Shown: positions 29,725 to 41,263, numbered from the stretch's first letter. The stretch is 64,000 nt of DNA from Candidatus Marinacidobacterales bacterium (GCA_965226495.1 OZ245365.1:5408001-5472000), one strand, 5' to 3'. The notes: a model not told the origin generated them from the letters alone. Program-made: numbers and translations.

Positions 29725-30672
29725 ATGATTCCAATCGAAGAAATTCGTCGGGCCCGCGAAATCATCGCCGTCGATTCCATCCGCACTCCGCTCGTTCGGT
29801 TGAACGTCCTGGATTCCCCTGCCGAGATCTATTTGAAGCTCGAAAATCTTCAGCCCATCGGCTCGTTCAAGATCCGCGGCGCCTCTTACGCTGTGCGCCA
29901 AGCCTCCGCGGACGAAGTATCCCGTGGCGTCATTACCGCTAGCGCCGGCAATATGGCCCAAGGAGTCGCATCGGTGGCCCGCGCGCTCGGAGTTTCTTGC
30001 ACGGTCATCGTTCCGGAGAACGCCCCGGAGACCAAGCTTGCCGCCATCGAACGCCTCGACGGGAAGTACATCAAAGTTCCGTTCGACCGATGGTGGCAGA
30101 CCCTGCAGGAGTCTTCTTATCCAGGAGTGGAAGGCCTCTTCGTGCATCCAGTTGAAGACGAGCGCGTGATGGCGGGTAACGGAACGATTGGTCTAGAGAT
30201 ACTGGAAGACGTGCCGGATCCAGACGTCGTTTTGATCCCATGGGGAGGAGGCGGTCTGTGCACCGGCATCGCGAGCGCGATGCGTTCCTTGGCACCGACG
30301 GTGAAGGTCTTCGGCGTAGAACCGGAGACAGCTTCTCCGCTCAAAGCATCGTTCGCTAAGGGCTCGATCCAAACCGTCAATTTTACTCGTTCCTTCGTCG
30401 ATGGCGCGGGAGGAAAAACGTTGCTTCCAAAGATGTGGCCCCTGGCCCAAGAGCTTCTCGAGGGATCCCTCACCGCGTCTCTCGATGAAATCGCTTCTGC
30501 AATCCGGATATTGGCAGAGCGGAATCGGGTAATCGCGGAAGGCGCGGGTGCCTTGGCGGTAGCGGCTGCGCTCTCTGGCCGTGCCGGCACCGGGAGGATC
30601 GTGTGCGTCGTCTCGGGCGGTAATATCGATTTTACGGTTCTCGTCAGAATATTGCGGGGGGAGACACCGTAA
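29725..30672 (+). CDS. PLP-dependent serine/threonine dehydratase family (catalytic domain only)
   Basis: KLENLQPIGSFKIRG, SAGN, GGGGL, EGAGA, SGGNID. Confidence 0.92.
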   Translation: MIPIEEIRRAREIIAVDSIRTPLVRLNVLDSPAEIYLKLENLQPIGSFKIRGASYAVRQASADEVSRGVITASAGNMAQGVASVARALGVSCTVIVPENAPETKLAAIERLDGKYIKVPFDRWWQTLQESSYPGVEGLFVHPVEDERVMAGNGTIGLEILEDVPDPDVVLIPWGGGGLCTGIASAMRSLAPTVKVFGVEPETASPLKASFAKGSIQTVNFTRSFVDGAGGKTLLPKMWPLAQELLEGSLTASLDEIASAIRILAERNRVIAEGAGALAVAAALSGRAGTGRIVCVVSGGNIDFTVLVRILRGETP

Positions 30673-30737
30673 TTACATCTATCTCGGCATGCTCGGGGTA
30701 GCCACCCCACCGCTGTACGGCCTAACCTCGGAACAAG

Positions 30738-31067
30738 TCAGCGAAGTAAGCGAGCCTCCGCAGTAACCGAATCGTCGGACTCGTCATCCTCGCAGTCTAC
30801 TTCTGCCCAACCTTGCCGAACTTTGCTACCCCCACAGTAGCTCTTGCCTTGCCCCATCGGATTGTTGAGGTAGGCCAGAATGTTCGCACACGTTTCGTCT
30901 TCCGCAGGCTGGACCTTGCAAACACCCGAGTAGGCCGGGTTTTTGAAACAGCAGGTCTCTTTTGATTCCGGAGATGCGTCCTGTTCAGCCAACGAGGTGG
31001 ACCCGGTGAACGTGAAAGCCAGCATCGCCGCCAATCCCGCGGCGACCGCGATACGTTCGATGACCAT
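30738..31067 (-). CDS. Small secreted six-cysteine protein
   Basis: GGGAGG RBS before ATG 31067, signal peptide, CC-C-C-C-C pattern, acidic tail. Confidence 0.75.
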   Translation of the reverse strand: MVIERIAVAAGLAAMLAFTFTGSTSLAEQDASPESKETCCFKNPAYSGVCKVQPAEDETCANILAYLNNPMGQGKSYCGGSKVRQGWAEVDCEDDESDDSVTAEARLLR

Positions 31068-31225
31068 CTTCGCCTCCCTGAAGAAACCCCGCAAGAAGTT
31101 TACTCCTCCGGGTTCTCCCTTTCCAGCTCTCTGCCGATCAGGGGCAGTTTGCCCCAACGCGGCGGGGTCGCCTATGATGGCTGAGAGCACGTCCAAGACG
31201 TCAGGGAGGTGCGAGGAGGTGCGGG

Positions 31226-31519
31226 ATGGGAGCCGAAAACCTCAAGATCATTTGTCCCTGCTGCGATGCAAAGCTCACCGTGCATCCAAGAACCGGTGCG
31301 ATCTTGGCGCACGAAAAGCCTCCGGAAGGACCGGCGAAGAGCTTCGAACAAGCGTTTTCCGACGAAAAGAAACGCCGCGAGGACGCGGCGGACCGGTTCG
31401 CTCAATCGGTGAAGGAACACGAGAACCGGGACGAGATCCTCGAAAAGAAGTTCAGGGAAGCCTTCAAGAAGGCTGAAAAAGACGACAAGCCGCCTCCACG
31501 ACCTTTTGACTTCGACTGA
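31226..31519 (+). CDS. Small hypothetical protein with N-terminal CPCC knuckle and charged helix
   Basis: GAGGAGG RBS; ICPCCDAKLTV...PPPRPFDFD. Confidence 0.8.
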   Translation: MGAENLKIICPCCDAKLTVHPRTGAILAHEKPPEGPAKSFEQAFSDEKKRREDAADRFAQSVKEHENRDEILEKKFREAFKKAEKDDKPPPRPFDFD

Positions 31520-31578
31520 CACGTCGGCCTGCCTCTCCGAAGTTCCGGGTGTTCCAGCGAACGAAGGCAGGCGAGCGA

Positions 31579-34287
31579 CTAAATCAAAGCCCTCACGAAG
31601 GAGTGGAGGATCCCCCCGTTCTTGTAGTAGTCCACCTCGACCGCGGAATCCAGTCGAGCTCGGACTCTGAAGTTAAGCTCGGCCCCGTCGGACCGGTGGG
31701 CCTTCACCTGGAGCTCTTGACGAGGACGGATGTCGGCACCTAGACCCTCGACATCGAACACTTCATGCCCGTTCAGACCGATCGACTCAGCACCCTCTCC
31801 GTTCATGAATTCGAGGGGCAGCACTCCCATCCCTACTAGATTGCTACGGTGGATGCGCTCGTAACTTTGGGCGATCACCGCCTTGACGCCTAGAAGCAGG
31901 GTGCCTTTGGCGGCCCAATCACGCGACGATCCGGAGCCGTATTCTTTCCCGGCGATGACGAGCAACGGAATTCCTTCATCCTGGTAGCGCATCGCGGCTT
32001 CGTAGATCGACATCTGCTCCTCGCCCGGTAAATGAAGAGTGACTCCTCCTTCTGTCCCAGGGGCAAGCTGATTCCTGATGCGAATGTTGCCGAACGTTCC
32101 TCTCACCATGACACGATCGTTACCACGGCGAGATCCAAAGGAGTTGAAATCCTTCTTCTGGACGCCGTGCTCGATTAGGTATCTGCCCGCTGGACCATCC
32201 TCGGGTATGGCTCCTGCCGGCGAGATGTGATCGGTCGTCACCGAATCCCCGAGCAGCGCCAGGACTCTCGCTCTCCGGATCTCCTCGACGGGAGGTGGCT
32301 CCTTGGAGAGACCCTCAAAGAACGGCGGCTCCCGGATGTAGGTGGAGTCGGGCCGCCAATCGTACAGCTCGCCACCGCTTACTGGAACGGCGTTCCACTC
32401 CGGGTTTCCATCCCAGACGTTTCCATAGATTTCGTGGTACATCTCAGGCTTGATGGCCTGGTTGACGCCCTCCACGATCTCCCGCTGCGATGGCCATATA
32501 TCACGAAGGTAAACCGCTTTTCCTTTGGCGTCCTCACCGAGTGGGTCCTTGGTCAAATCGATATCGATTGTCCCGGCAAGCGCATAGGCAACTACCAGAG
32601 GTGGCGATGCCAGGTAGTTCGCCTTGACCAAGGGATGAATGCGTCCTTCGAAATTTCGGTTGCCAGAGAGCACGCCCGCGGCTACCAACTGTCCCTCTTG
32701 GATCGCATCGGCGACTGGTTGAGGCAAGGGGCCGCTGTTCCCAATGCATGTCGTGCAACCGTACCCCACGAGGTAGAAACCGAGCTTCTGCAGCGGATCG
32801 GTAAGTCCGGCGACATCGAGATACTGCGTTACGACCTTGGAGCCCGGGGCGAGACTGGTCTTCACGTAGGATGGTACCTTGAGACCACGCTCCAGAGCCT
32901 TCTTCGCAAGGAGCCCGGCTCCGATCATGACCGACGGGTTGGAGGTGTTGGTACAAGACGTAATGGCCGCGATCACCACGGCACCGTGCCCCATCGTTTC
33001 TTCCGTTCCGTTGAAGCCCACCGGAACGGTCCGCGATACATCCGACGCCGCTAAGCCGAACCCTCGTTCCTTCGGCGAAGCCTTCAAGGACTCCCCAAAC
33101 GCTTCCTTCATATTAGCGACAGACACTCGATCCTGTGGGCGTTTCGGCCCAGCGAGGCTCGGCTCGACGGTTGCCAGGTCCAACTCAAGCGTGTCGGTAT
33201 AGTCCGGATCGGGAGTCTCGTCGTTACGGAAGAGTCCCTGCTCTTTGGTATAGCGCTCGACAAGACCCACTAGCTCCTCGGAGCGGCCGGTGCGACGGAG
33301 GTAGTCGAGGGTTTCCTGATCCACCGGAAAGAATCCCATCGTCGCGCCGTACTCGGGCGACATGTTGGCGACCGTTGCCCGGTCGGGAAGAGACATTTGC
33401 GAGAGGCCGCTCCCATAGAATTCCACAAATTTATCGACCACTCCTTTTTCCCGTAGCTTTTGCGTAACGGTCAGTACGAGGTCGGTCGCGGTGACACCTT
33501 CACGGAGCTCTCCCTTCAACTTGAAACCGACGACCTTGGGCATCAAGAGGTAAAGCGGCTGGCCAAGCATTCCGGCCTCCGCCTCGATGCCTCCTACTCC
33601 CCAACCCAGCACTCCCAACCCATTGATCATTGTGGTGTGAGAATCGGTGCCCACCAGTGTGTCCGGGAATGCACGGAGCTCTCCTTTTTGCTCTCGCAAT
33701 CCGACGACGGTCGCGAGGTATTCCAAGTTGACCTGATGCACGATGCCGGTGGCGGGAGGAACCACTCGGAAGTTGTCGAAGACCTCCCTTCCCCAACGTA
33801 GAAACTCGTATCTTTCACGGTTCCTTTTGAACTCGATCTCCGCGTTCCTTTGGTAAGCCGTGGGGGTGCCGAAGACATCTACCTGCACGGAATGGTCGAT
33901 GACGAGATCCACCGGTACGTCCGGATTGATCCTCTTGGGATCGCCGCCCAAGCGATTGACAGCCGTCCGCATCGCCGCCAAGTCGACTACCGACGGGACT
34001 CCGGTAAAGTCCTGCAAAACAACTCGCGCCGGCTGGAAAGGAATTTCGCGATCGCCGGGATTCCTCGCCTGCAACCCGGCAAGAGCCGACACATCGTCTT
34101 CGGTTACGAGATTCCCGTCACAGTTTCGAAGGGCCGCTTCCAGCAAGATCTTTACCGAGAAGGAGAGCCGTGAAACGGCCCCCAGGCCAGCTTTCTCCAG
34201 CCGGTCGAGGCGGTAGATCGTGGCACTTCCGCTGCCGGTGTCGATGCTCGATCGAGCCCCGAAGTGGTCTTTGGGTTGCTGGGCCAT
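31579..34287 (-). CDS. acnA: Aconitate hydratase A
   Basis: [58 protein letters not shown]. Confidence 0.99.
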   Translation of the reverse strand: MAQQPKDHFGARSSIDTGSGSATIYRLDRLEKAGLGAVSRLSFSVKILLEAALRNCDGNLVTEDDVSALAGLQARNPGDREIPFQPARVVLQDFTGVPSVVDLAAMRTAVNRLGGDPKRINPDVPVDLVIDHSVQVDVFGTPTAYQRNAEIEFKRNRERYEFLRWGREVFDNFRVVPPATGIVHQVNLEYLATVVGLREQKGELRAFPDTLVGTDSHTTMINGLGVLGWGVGGIEAEAGMLGQPLYLLMPKVVGFKLKGELREGVTATDLVLTVTQKLREKGVVDKFVEFYGSGLSQMSLPDRATVANMSPEYGATMGFFPVDQETLDYLRRTGRSEELVGLVERYTKEQGLFRNDETPDPDYTDTLELDLATVEPSLAGPKRPQDRVSVANMKEAFGESLKASPKERGFGLAASDVSRTVPVGFNGTEETMGHGAVVIAAITSCTNTSNPSVMIGAGLLAKKALERGLKVPSYVKTSLAPGSKVVTQYLDVAGLTDPLQKLGFYLVGYGCTTCIGNSGPLPQPVADAIQEGQLVAAGVLSGNRNFEGRIHPLVKANYLASPPLVVAYALAGTIDIDLTKDPLGEDAKGKAVYLRDIWPSQREIVEGVNQAIKPEMYHEIYGNVWDGNPEWNAVPVSGGELYDWRPDSTYIREPPFFEGLSKEPPPVEEIRRARVLALLGDSVTTDHISPAGAIPEDGPAGRYLIEHGVQKKDFNSFGSRRGNDRVMVRGTFGNIRIRNQLAPGTEGGVTLHLPGEEQMSIYEAAMRYQDEGIPLLVIAGKEYGSGSSRDWAAKGTLLLGVKAVIAQSYERIHRSNLVGMGVLPLEFMNGEGAESIGLNGHEVFDVEGLGADIRPRQELQVKAHRSDGAELNFRVRARLDSAVEVDYYKNGGILHSFVRALI

Positions 34288-34336
34288 GTCTCGCCTTTCA
34301 TTACTTAATGCTCGCTCGCCTCCACGGCTCGCTCGC

Positions 34337-34418
34337 GGCCCTCGCTCTTCGCTCGGGCCCGAAACCACGGCCGGGTTCCCTTGCCATGTAGTTCGTGGGC
34401 AATTCCTCCCGGCCGGCG
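34337..34418 (-). repeat. 82-bp structured repeat upstream of acnA (inverted copy of 16877-16958)
   Basis: Shared CGCCGGCCRGGAGGAATTG-N-GCAAGGGAACCYGGCCGTGGTTT..GGCSCGAGCGAAGAGCGAGSGCC. Confidence 0.85.
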
Positions 34419-34542
34419 GCGCTCACGCGCCGGTGCTCGCTCGTGAGCTCTTCATTCTGACTGTTCTCTGTTCGACTTTCCAGTTTCTTCGTGTTCACAC
34501 CCTTCGTTGAAAGTGGGGAGTTTACTGCTATACACTGCTGCC

Positions 34543-35298
34543 ATGGCCGACAAGCAGGCTCCCTTTGATTTCGGCAGGGCGCTTCGTTTCTTCTTCGAAG
34601 ACCCCAAGTGGGTGACTAAGATTATCCTGGGCAGCCTCTTTGCCATGCTTTCCTTCTTTTTCGTGGGGACGTTTTTCATCGCCGGCTACGTCGTGGGCAT
34701 CACCCGCCGAACCGCACGCGGTGAATCACAACCGCTTCCCGAGTGGGACGATTTGGGGACTCTCTTCGTCGACGGAGCAAGGGCCCTCGCCGTCTACTTG
34801 GGCCACCTCATCCCCCTCGGCCTCCTCGCCACCGTACTTGCTCTCGCGGTGGGCGGCGTCTTTCAATCCGAGAATACCCCGGATTCGCTTCGCATCATGG
34901 CCATGCTGATCGTTTTCGCCGGCTATGTCCTCGTTACCATTGCGAGTATCGCCGTTCTCCTGTACCTCCCGGCAGCCTTCACTCGATTCGTGGTCCAAGA
35001 TAGTGTGGCCGCGGCGTTCGATGTCCGGGAGAACTTCCTGTTCATCAAGCGAAACTTGGCGAATTACGGCCTGGCCTTACTAGCGATTCTCACCGCCAGT
35101 TTTCTGTCTCAGTTCGGCATCATTCTCTTTTGCATTGGGATCTTTCCCGCCAGCTTCTGGTCCAGTTCGGTGCTGGGATTCGTCCTCGGCGAAGTCGCGC
35201 GTCAGGACGCAGGTCCGGCCTCGGAACCAGAAAAGACACCGACTACCCCACCGACGACGGACTCGGAGGGGGGCAGCTACACAGAGTTCCTGCCCTAG
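34543..35298 (+). CDS. DUF4013 family membrane protein
   Basis: FDFGRAL.F.FEDPKW..KI, GY, PLPEWDD.G.LF..G. Confidence 0.85.
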   Translation: MADKQAPFDFGRALRFFFEDPKWVTKIILGSLFAMLSFFFVGTFFIAGYVVGITRRTARGESQPLPEWDDLGTLFVDGARALAVYLGHLIPLGLLATVLALAVGGVFQSENTPDSLRIMAMLIVFAGYVLVTIASIAVLLYLPAAFTRFVVQDSVAAAFDVRENFLFIKRNLANYGLALLAILTASFLSQFGIILFCIGIFPASFWSSSVLGFVLGEVARQDAGPASEPEKTPTTPPTTDSEGGSYTEFLP

Positions 35299-35328
35299 CC
35301 GCGGTCCGACTCGTTTCACCGAACACGA

Positions 35329-35368
35329 CCCCCTCACCCTACCCTCTCCCCCAAAGGGGGCGAGGGAA
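35329..35368. repeat. CCCTCACCCT-type REP palindrome
   Basis: CCCCTCACCCTACCCTCTCCCCCAAAGGGGGCGAGGG, a widespread intergenic hairpin repeat. Confidence 0.7.
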
Positions 35369-35474
35369 TAGAGGAATAAGAGCATAACTGTTGCCGCCTT
35401 GCGATCTTCGGTTGCGCTCGCTACACTTCCAATAAGCCCCCAGCGTGCCCAATTAGGATCAAGGAGTGTTTGCG

Positions 35475-36164
35475 ATGCGTAGCCACATCGTTTTCACCGG
35501 CGTCGTTCTTTTGTCGTCCGCCGTTTTCTCGGCCGACAAGTTCGACGAGCGACTTCGACAGAGCGGTACGGTCATGAAAGAGGTTCTCGACATGCCCGAC
35601 TCCGTCCCTTTGGATCTGCTTCACAAGGCCGAGTGTGTCGTGGTGATGCCGTCAGTCAAGAAGTTAGCGTTCGGCATCGGCGGCAGCTACGGTGCGGGCG
35701 CGATGGTGTGCCGGAGCGGGAAGGGCTTCAACGGACCTTGGGGACCTCCATCCATGTACCGTCTCGATGGAGGCAATATCGGATTCCAGATCGGAGGCCA
35801 GGCCACCGACTTCATCCTACTCATCATGAACCCAAAGGGAGCAAACGCACTGCTGAAGAGCAAGGTGAAACTAGGAGCCGATGCGTCCGCCGCCGCCGGC
35901 CCCAAGGGTCGAGCCACCGGTGCCGCGACCGACGCGACGATGCACGCGGAGATTCTGACGTACTCTCGTAACCGTGGTTTATTCGCCGGCGTTTCCTTGG
36001 AAGGCTCGAGTCTGCGACCGGACAATAATGCGAACGAAGAGGTTTATGGTTACGAAATCTCGGCGCGCGACATCGTCTTGGAAAGCAAGGTCGCCACCCC
36101 AGCCGCGGCCAGCAAGCTAGTACGATTACTCCAAGAGGCGTCTCCGAAAAACCTATCCGACTAG
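35475..36164 (+). CDS. Lipid-binding SYLF (Ysc84) domain protein
   Basis: Signal peptide, AFGIGGSYGAG, GFQIGGQATD, ASAAAGPKGR, YSRNRGLFAGVSLEG. Confidence 0.92.
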   Translation: MRSHIVFTGVVLLSSAVFSADKFDERLRQSGTVMKEVLDMPDSVPLDLLHKAECVVVMPSVKKLAFGIGGSYGAGAMVCRSGKGFNGPWGPPSMYRLDGGNIGFQIGGQATDFILLIMNPKGANALLKSKVKLGADASAAAGPKGRATGAATDATMHAEILTYSRNRGLFAGVSLEGSSLRPDNNANEEVYGYEISARDIVLESKVATPAAASKLVRLLQEASPKNLSD

Positions 36165-36229
36165 CGTCTCGTCTCGGAAGTGATGTTAGCATCGAGAGCG
36201 TCGAGGCGCCCGGATCGCAAGGCGCGGCG

Positions 36230-37141
36230 CTACTTTCGGATTTCTTCCATCTCTTCCAGTGTCCGCGGCCAGTCAGCCTTGAGCAATCGCGAAAGCGCCC
36301 TATCGGCGAGAAGCTTCCCTCCCGTCTGGCACGACGCACAATAGTTCGTCTCGTTCTTGGCATAAACGATTCGTTGCACCGGCGAGTCGCAAACGGGGCA
36401 AGGCTTGCCGTAACGACCGTGCACTGCCATCGCCGGCCGGAAAGCGGTAACCTTCTTCGGGAACTCTCCACCGGCTTCTTTGCGGAGTCTTTCGGTCCAC
36501 TCTCGAAGCGCCTCGCGGGTTGCATGATAGAGCCGCTCCACCTCGTCGTCGTCGAGTCTTTGGGTCCACTTTATAGGGGATAGCCCCGCCCGATGGAGGA
36601 TCTCGTCCGAGTAAGCGTTACCGATACCGCTAAAGAGCCTCGGATCAGTCAGAGCGCGCTTCAGAGTGTGGTTCTCGCTAAGAAGAACTCTCCGAAACAC
36701 TCCCAGTTCGGCTTCCAGCACTTCGATCCCACCGGGGTTCACCGTCGAGAGACCAGCCTGCCCGCGCACTAAATGAAGCGAGGCGCGTTTCTTGGAGCCG
36801 GCCTCGGTGAGAAGGAGCGTGCCCGAGCTGAAGTCGAACGCGGCTAGCCCCCTTTTGCCGGGCATCTTGGGTCTCGTCTCGTGGCTCGCGCTTGGCTTCC
36901 ATTGAAACCGGCCCGCAATCATCAGGTGAATCACCAGGAAGACGTCTCCCTCGAGACCTATGACGATTCTCTTGCCGATCCGTCGCAGCCCGACTACTCT
37001 TCTCCCGTCGGCGTCCGCAAGCGGCGGGTCCACCGAACGCAGGAGGAACGGGCTGGCGATGCGGATCCTCTCGAGAGTCTGATTGAGAATCCTCGCTTCC
37101 AGAGCTTCGACATACACCGTGACATCGGGCAGTTCCGGCAT
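36230..37141 (-). CDS. Fpg/Nei family DNA glycosylase (second paralogue)
   Basis: PELPDV N-terminus, [28 protein letters not shown] zinc finger. Confidence 0.93.
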   Translation of the reverse strand: MPELPDVTVYVEALEARILNQTLERIRIASPFLLRSVDPPLADADGRRVVGLRRIGKRIVIGLEGDVFLVIHLMIAGRFQWKPSASHETRPKMPGKRGLAAFDFSSGTLLLTEAGSKKRASLHLVRGQAGLSTVNPGGIEVLEAELGVFRRVLLSENHTLKRALTDPRLFSGIGNAYSDEILHRAGLSPIKWTQRLDDDEVERLYHATREALREWTERLRKEAGGEFPKKVTAFRPAMAVHGRYGKPCPVCDSPVQRIVYAKNETNYCASCQTGGKLLADRALSRLLKADWPRTLEEMEEIRK

Positions 37142-37315
37142 GGTGTGAGCTTCATCCTCCCATAAAGAAGCAAAGCTGGGAAAGCTCGATTAAACTCCCG
37201 GATGTATAATTGCCGTCTGCCCGGCATCTGGCCACTTTAATAATGGCACCGGGCTATTTTGATGCCCAGCAAGGTGGCACATCGTATTTTGACGCAATTG
37301 CGGAGGAGGAGTTCA

Positions 37316-38092
37316 ATGACCGATCGACGCTTCGAGGGGAAAATCGCGCTGGTCACCGGGGCTACCAGCGGGATCGGTAAGGCGACCGCGGAGGCCTTCG
37401 CCCGTGAAGGGGCGAAGTTAGCGCTGGTGGCCCGCCGAAAGGACGCCCTTGCAGAACTCGCCCGTGCCATGGAGTCCGACGGAGGCACCGCTCTCCCCCT
37501 CGCTGGGGATGTCACACGCGAGGAAGATCGAACGCGCATCATTGACGAGCTGACCTCCGAGTTGGGGGGCCTCGACATTTTGGTCCACGCCGCGGGAATC
37601 ATCGCCTTCGGCACCATCGAGAACACGAGCCTCGAAGCCTGGCAGGAGATGTTCGATATCAACGTGGTCGCAGTGTACCGACTGACTCAACTCGCCTTAC
37701 CGCTCATAACCCCTCGCAAGGGTAACGTGGTCATCGTTTCCAGCGTGACCGGTTTGCGTTCTTTTCCTGGCGTGCTCGCCTACTGCGCTAGCAAAGCGGC
37801 CGTGGATCAACTCGCGCGGTGCGCAGCCCTAGAGCTCGCCGACAAAGGGGTGCGCGTGAATGCGGTGAACCCGGGCGTGGTCGTAACCAACCTGCACCGG
37901 GAGGGTGGGCTCGAAGAGGAGGCCTACCAAGCGTTCCTGGAAAAAAGCAAGACCACCCATCCGTTGGGACGAGTCGGGACGCCCGAAGAGCTCGCCGATC
38001 TCATACTATTCCTCTCCTCGGACAACGCGAGTTGGATCACCGGCGCCACCGTACCCATCGACGGCGGGCGCGCCCTCACCTGCGCTCGCTAG
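37316..38092 (+). CDS. SDR family oxidoreductase
   Basis: TGATSGIG, YCASK, VNAVNPG, HPLGRVGTPEE. Confidence 0.94.
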   Translation: MTDRRFEGKIALVTGATSGIGKATAEAFAREGAKLALVARRKDALAELARAMESDGGTALPLAGDVTREEDRTRIIDELTSELGGLDILVHAAGIIAFGTIENTSLEAWQEMFDINVVAVYRLTQLALPLITPRKGNVVIVSSVTGLRSFPGVLAYCASKAAVDQLARCAALELADKGVRVNAVNPGVVVTNLHREGGLEEEAYQAFLEKSKTTHPLGRVGTPEELADLILFLSSDNASWITGATVPIDGGRALTCAR

Positions 38093-38175
38093 CATCCCGT
38101 ATCAGTGGCGCCCCGGGTGCTCGACGGAACGCTCTGGTAGGCCGGTCCGTGACGGCGGTTCGCATCCAGTCGAGA

Positions 38176-39831
38176 TCATCGTGCGGCGGCCCTGGTCTGT
38201 TTAAAGCGGAGGACACCCTCCACCGTCAGCCAAACCGCCAGCACCAAAAGGATCAGGCCCACCGCTAGCAGCAAATAGCTCTCCCCATTGTAGAAGTCTC
38301 TCACGTTCAAAATCATCGCTACCATCGTGGTGATCAACATGAAGATCATCGGGATCAACGTGAAGAGATAGTTCGCTCGCCGCTGGATGAGATAGAGGGT
38401 GACGGTGAGGAGGGTGAGTCCCCCAAGAATCTGGTTCGTCGTTCCGAAGAGCGCCCAGAGAGCCAATCCCGCCGGCTGGCCGTTCACTTTGAAGAACGCA
38501 AAAAAGCCGATGGCCGCAACGGCGAGAAGAGACGACACGTAGCGATTGCCCAGTGCCGGGAGTCTTACCGTCGCCGATACTTCCTGGATGTTGAAGCGGA
38601 GGAGACGGGTCCCCGAATCCAGAGTGGTCAAGGCAAAAGAAACCGCGACCAAGGCCACGAAAGCCCGGCCTGTCGACTCGGGAATCCCGAGCTGACTCAG
38701 AAAGAGCCCCGACCCGTTGATAAAGGCAGACATACTCTGGCCCAGTCCGCGCGCTACGTCCCAGCTCGCGTAGTGCTCGCGCCACGCCGTGGCGTTGGCA
38801 AAGCCAGCCGTCGTCGCCAATACCGCTGCTAGGCCAAGCAGGCTCTCTCCGATCATCCCCCCGTAACCGATGAAGGTCGCATCGGTCTCCTTGTCGATCT
38901 GCTTGGCGGTGGTTCCAGAGGAAACGAGGCCGTGGAAACCGGAGATAGCTCCGCAAGCGATCACGATGAAAACGAACGGAAAGAGCGGCGGCGCGCCCTC
39001 GGGATGGGTCTGCACCGCGGGCGCCACGAACTCCGGGTTTAGGATCAGAAATCCGACGAAAATAGATCCGAGACCCAGATAGAGGATCAACGAATTGAGA
39101 AAGTCACGAGGCTGAAGCAACAACCACACCGGGAGCACGGAAGCCAGGAAGGCATAGACGAGGAGAATGCTGTTCCATCCGTCGACGGATAGATCTGGCT
39201 TGGGCAATCGAAGTCCTAGGTAAACGGCGACTAGCGTAAGAGCGAACCCCACAGCGGCGAGGGGACCCAGCGGTACTCCTTTCTTGTAGAAGAGGATTCC
39301 GATGGCCACCGCGAGTGTCATGAGCGCGAAACTAGGAAAGACCGCCTCCGGATAGAAAGCGGAGGTAAACAGTTGCGCCACGACCTGAACAAAGACGCCC
39401 ATAGCGAGAGCGATGAGAAAGAAGATGATGGCGTGAAAGAGACTCTTGGCGCGAGGCCCGATGATGGACTCCGCCACCTTGCCGATAGATTTCCCCTTGG
39501 CTCTCATGCTGACGACGAGGGCACTGAAGTCGTGGACCGCTCCGATGAACAGCGTCCCGAAGACCACCCAAATCATGGCCGGCACCCAGCCCCAGATGAC
39601 CGCGATCGCGGGCCCCAGCATCGGGGATAGGCCGGCGATCGAAGCAAAGTGGTGACCGAACAAGACGAACTTTCGACTAGGGACGTAATCGAACCCGTCC
39701 TGGAGCTCGTGCGCGGGCGTAACCGCCTCCGGATCCAGCTCGAAGACCTTCTTGGCTAGATGCCGGGCGTACAAACGGTATCCAAGCAGGTAAGCAGCAA
39801 AGCACGCGAGAGTTGCTGCAGCGGCACTCAT
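38176..39831 (-). CDS. cstA: Carbon starvation protein A family transporter
   Basis: TPAH...DYVP, GHHFASIAG, LPVWLLLQPRD, IACGAISGFH, GYGGMIGE. Confidence 0.93.
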   Translation of the reverse strand: MSAAAATLACFAAYLLGYRLYARHLAKKVFELDPEAVTPAHELQDGFDYVPSRKFVLFGHHFASIAGLSPMLGPAIAVIWGWVPAMIWVVFGTLFIGAVHDFSALVVSMRAKGKSIGKVAESIIGPRAKSLFHAIIFFLIALAMGVFVQVVAQLFTSAFYPEAVFPSFALMTLAVAIGILFYKKGVPLGPLAAVGFALTLVAVYLGLRLPKPDLSVDGWNSILLVYAFLASVLPVWLLLQPRDFLNSLILYLGLGSIFVGFLILNPEFVAPAVQTHPEGAPPLFPFVFIVIACGAISGFHGLVSSGTTAKQIDKETDATFIGYGGMIGESLLGLAAVLATTAGFANATAWREHYASWDVARGLGQSMSAFINGSGLFLSQLGIPESTGRAFVALVAVSFALTTLDSGTRLLRFNIQEVSATVRLPALGNRYVSSLLAVAAIGFFAFFKVNGQPAGLALWALFGTTNQILGGLTLLTVTLYLIQRRANYLFTLIPMIFMLITTMVAMILNVRDFYNGESYLLLAVGLILLVLAVWLTVEGVLRFKQTRAAAR

Positions 39832-39927
39832 AATTCTCCCCCTTTGGAGTCGTTACCTACAGACGGTAGCGGATTATAGGAGAACGCGTTGCGCGGGGCC
39901 ACCCCATCAGATAGGCTTTTCAAACAC

Positions 39928-41223
39928 ATGAGACCCCTTCCAGGATTCCGGGACTTTTATCCCGATGAGCTCGCACATAGAAACTATATCTTCGATACCT
40001 GGCGAAGGGTGGCGCGGAACTACGGCTTTTCCGAATACGACGGGCCTCCGCTAGAGGAATTGGACCTGTATAAGAGGAAGTCCGGTGACGAGATCGTGGG
40101 GCAGCTCTACCACTTCGTCGACAAGGGCGGGCGGGACGTCGCGCTCCGACCTGAAATGACTCCGACCCTCGGTCGCATGATGACCGCACGTGCTACTCAA
40201 CTACCGAAACCCATCAAATGGTTCTCCATCCCCCAACTTTTTCGCTACGAGCGAAAACAAAGGGGCAGACTACGCGAGCACTTTCAGCTGAACATGGACA
40301 TCATCGGCGCCCCCGAGGTCGAAGCGGACGCCGAGCTCCTGGCGGCGGCACTGGATATCCAACGCGCGCTCGGCCTTACCGAAAAGGACGTTGTGGCCCG
40401 CGTCAACGATCGCCGAATTGTGGCCGGGGCCTTGACGCTCCTCGAAGTGACGGAAGAACAAATACCTGCGGTGTACAACGCCATCGACAAGTTTCGCAAG
40501 GTTCCCGACCTGACGTTCCGGGAGCTGCTCGGCGAGGCTGGCGTTCCCCCCAAAAGCATCGAGAGCTTAGCGGGGCTTTGCTCCGGGGACGCCCCACTCT
40601 TCGAGTGGTTCGCTCCGCAAGTCGATCGAGTCGGCCTAGAAGAGACTGCCGGGGCGCTCGCCGCGCTCGAACGCTATATGGATTTGCTGGAAAAGCAAGG
40701 GCTCGGTGATCTCGTGGAAGTCGATTTCTCTGTCGTGCGTGGCCTCGCCTACTACACGGGTATCGTTTTCGAGCTTTATGACCGGCAGGGGGAACTACGG
40801 GCGATTTGCGGCGGGGGTCGTTACGACAACCTGATTGCGGCCTTGGGTGGGCCAGATATCCCTGCCTTGGGCTTCGGGATGGGGGATGTCGTACAGACGG
40901 AACTTCTCAAAGATCGCGGACTCCTGCCTGAGGCTCCCTCGCGCATCACGGTGGCGGTGATTCCGGTGGGTGAGACGCTCACCGATGCGGCCCGCTCGGT
41001 GACCCGAAAGCTGCGGGAAGCGGGGATCTCCGCCGAAACTCCCTTTTCGCCGAACGGCGTGGCTAAGGATCTCAAGGCGGCCAATCGCTCTCACGCTCGC
41101 TTCGCCGTCGTCGTCGGACCCGAAGAGTGGTCGGCAGGGGAAGCGAAGTTGAAGGATCTTCGTTCGGGAGAGGAAGAGCGTCTCTCCATAGAGGGCATCA
41201 TAGAGATTATTGGCCGGAGCTGA
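39928..41223 (+). CDS. hisS: Histidine-tRNA ligase
   Basis: GFRDFYP, LRPEMTP, FRYER.QRGRLREH.Q, VRGLAYYTG, GGGRYD. Confidence 0.98.
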   Translation: MRPLPGFRDFYPDELAHRNYIFDTWRRVARNYGFSEYDGPPLEELDLYKRKSGDEIVGQLYHFVDKGGRDVALRPEMTPTLGRMMTARATQLPKPIKWFSIPQLFRYERKQRGRLREHFQLNMDIIGAPEVEADAELLAAALDIQRALGLTEKDVVARVNDRRIVAGALTLLEVTEEQIPAVYNAIDKFRKVPDLTFRELLGEAGVPPKSIESLAGLCSGDAPLFEWFAPQVDRVGLEETAGALAALERYMDLLEKQGLGDLVEVDFSVVRGLAYYTGIVFELYDRQGELRAICGGGRYDNLIAALGGPDIPALGFGMGDVVQTELLKDRGLLPEAPSRITVAVIPVGETLTDAARSVTRKLREAGISAETPFSPNGVAKDLKAANRSHARFAVVVGPEEWSAGEAKLKDLRSGEEERLSIEGIIEIIGRS

Positions 41224-41263
41224 GAGCATCGCACCCGTCTTGCCGACTCGTCTCGTCGTAGCT

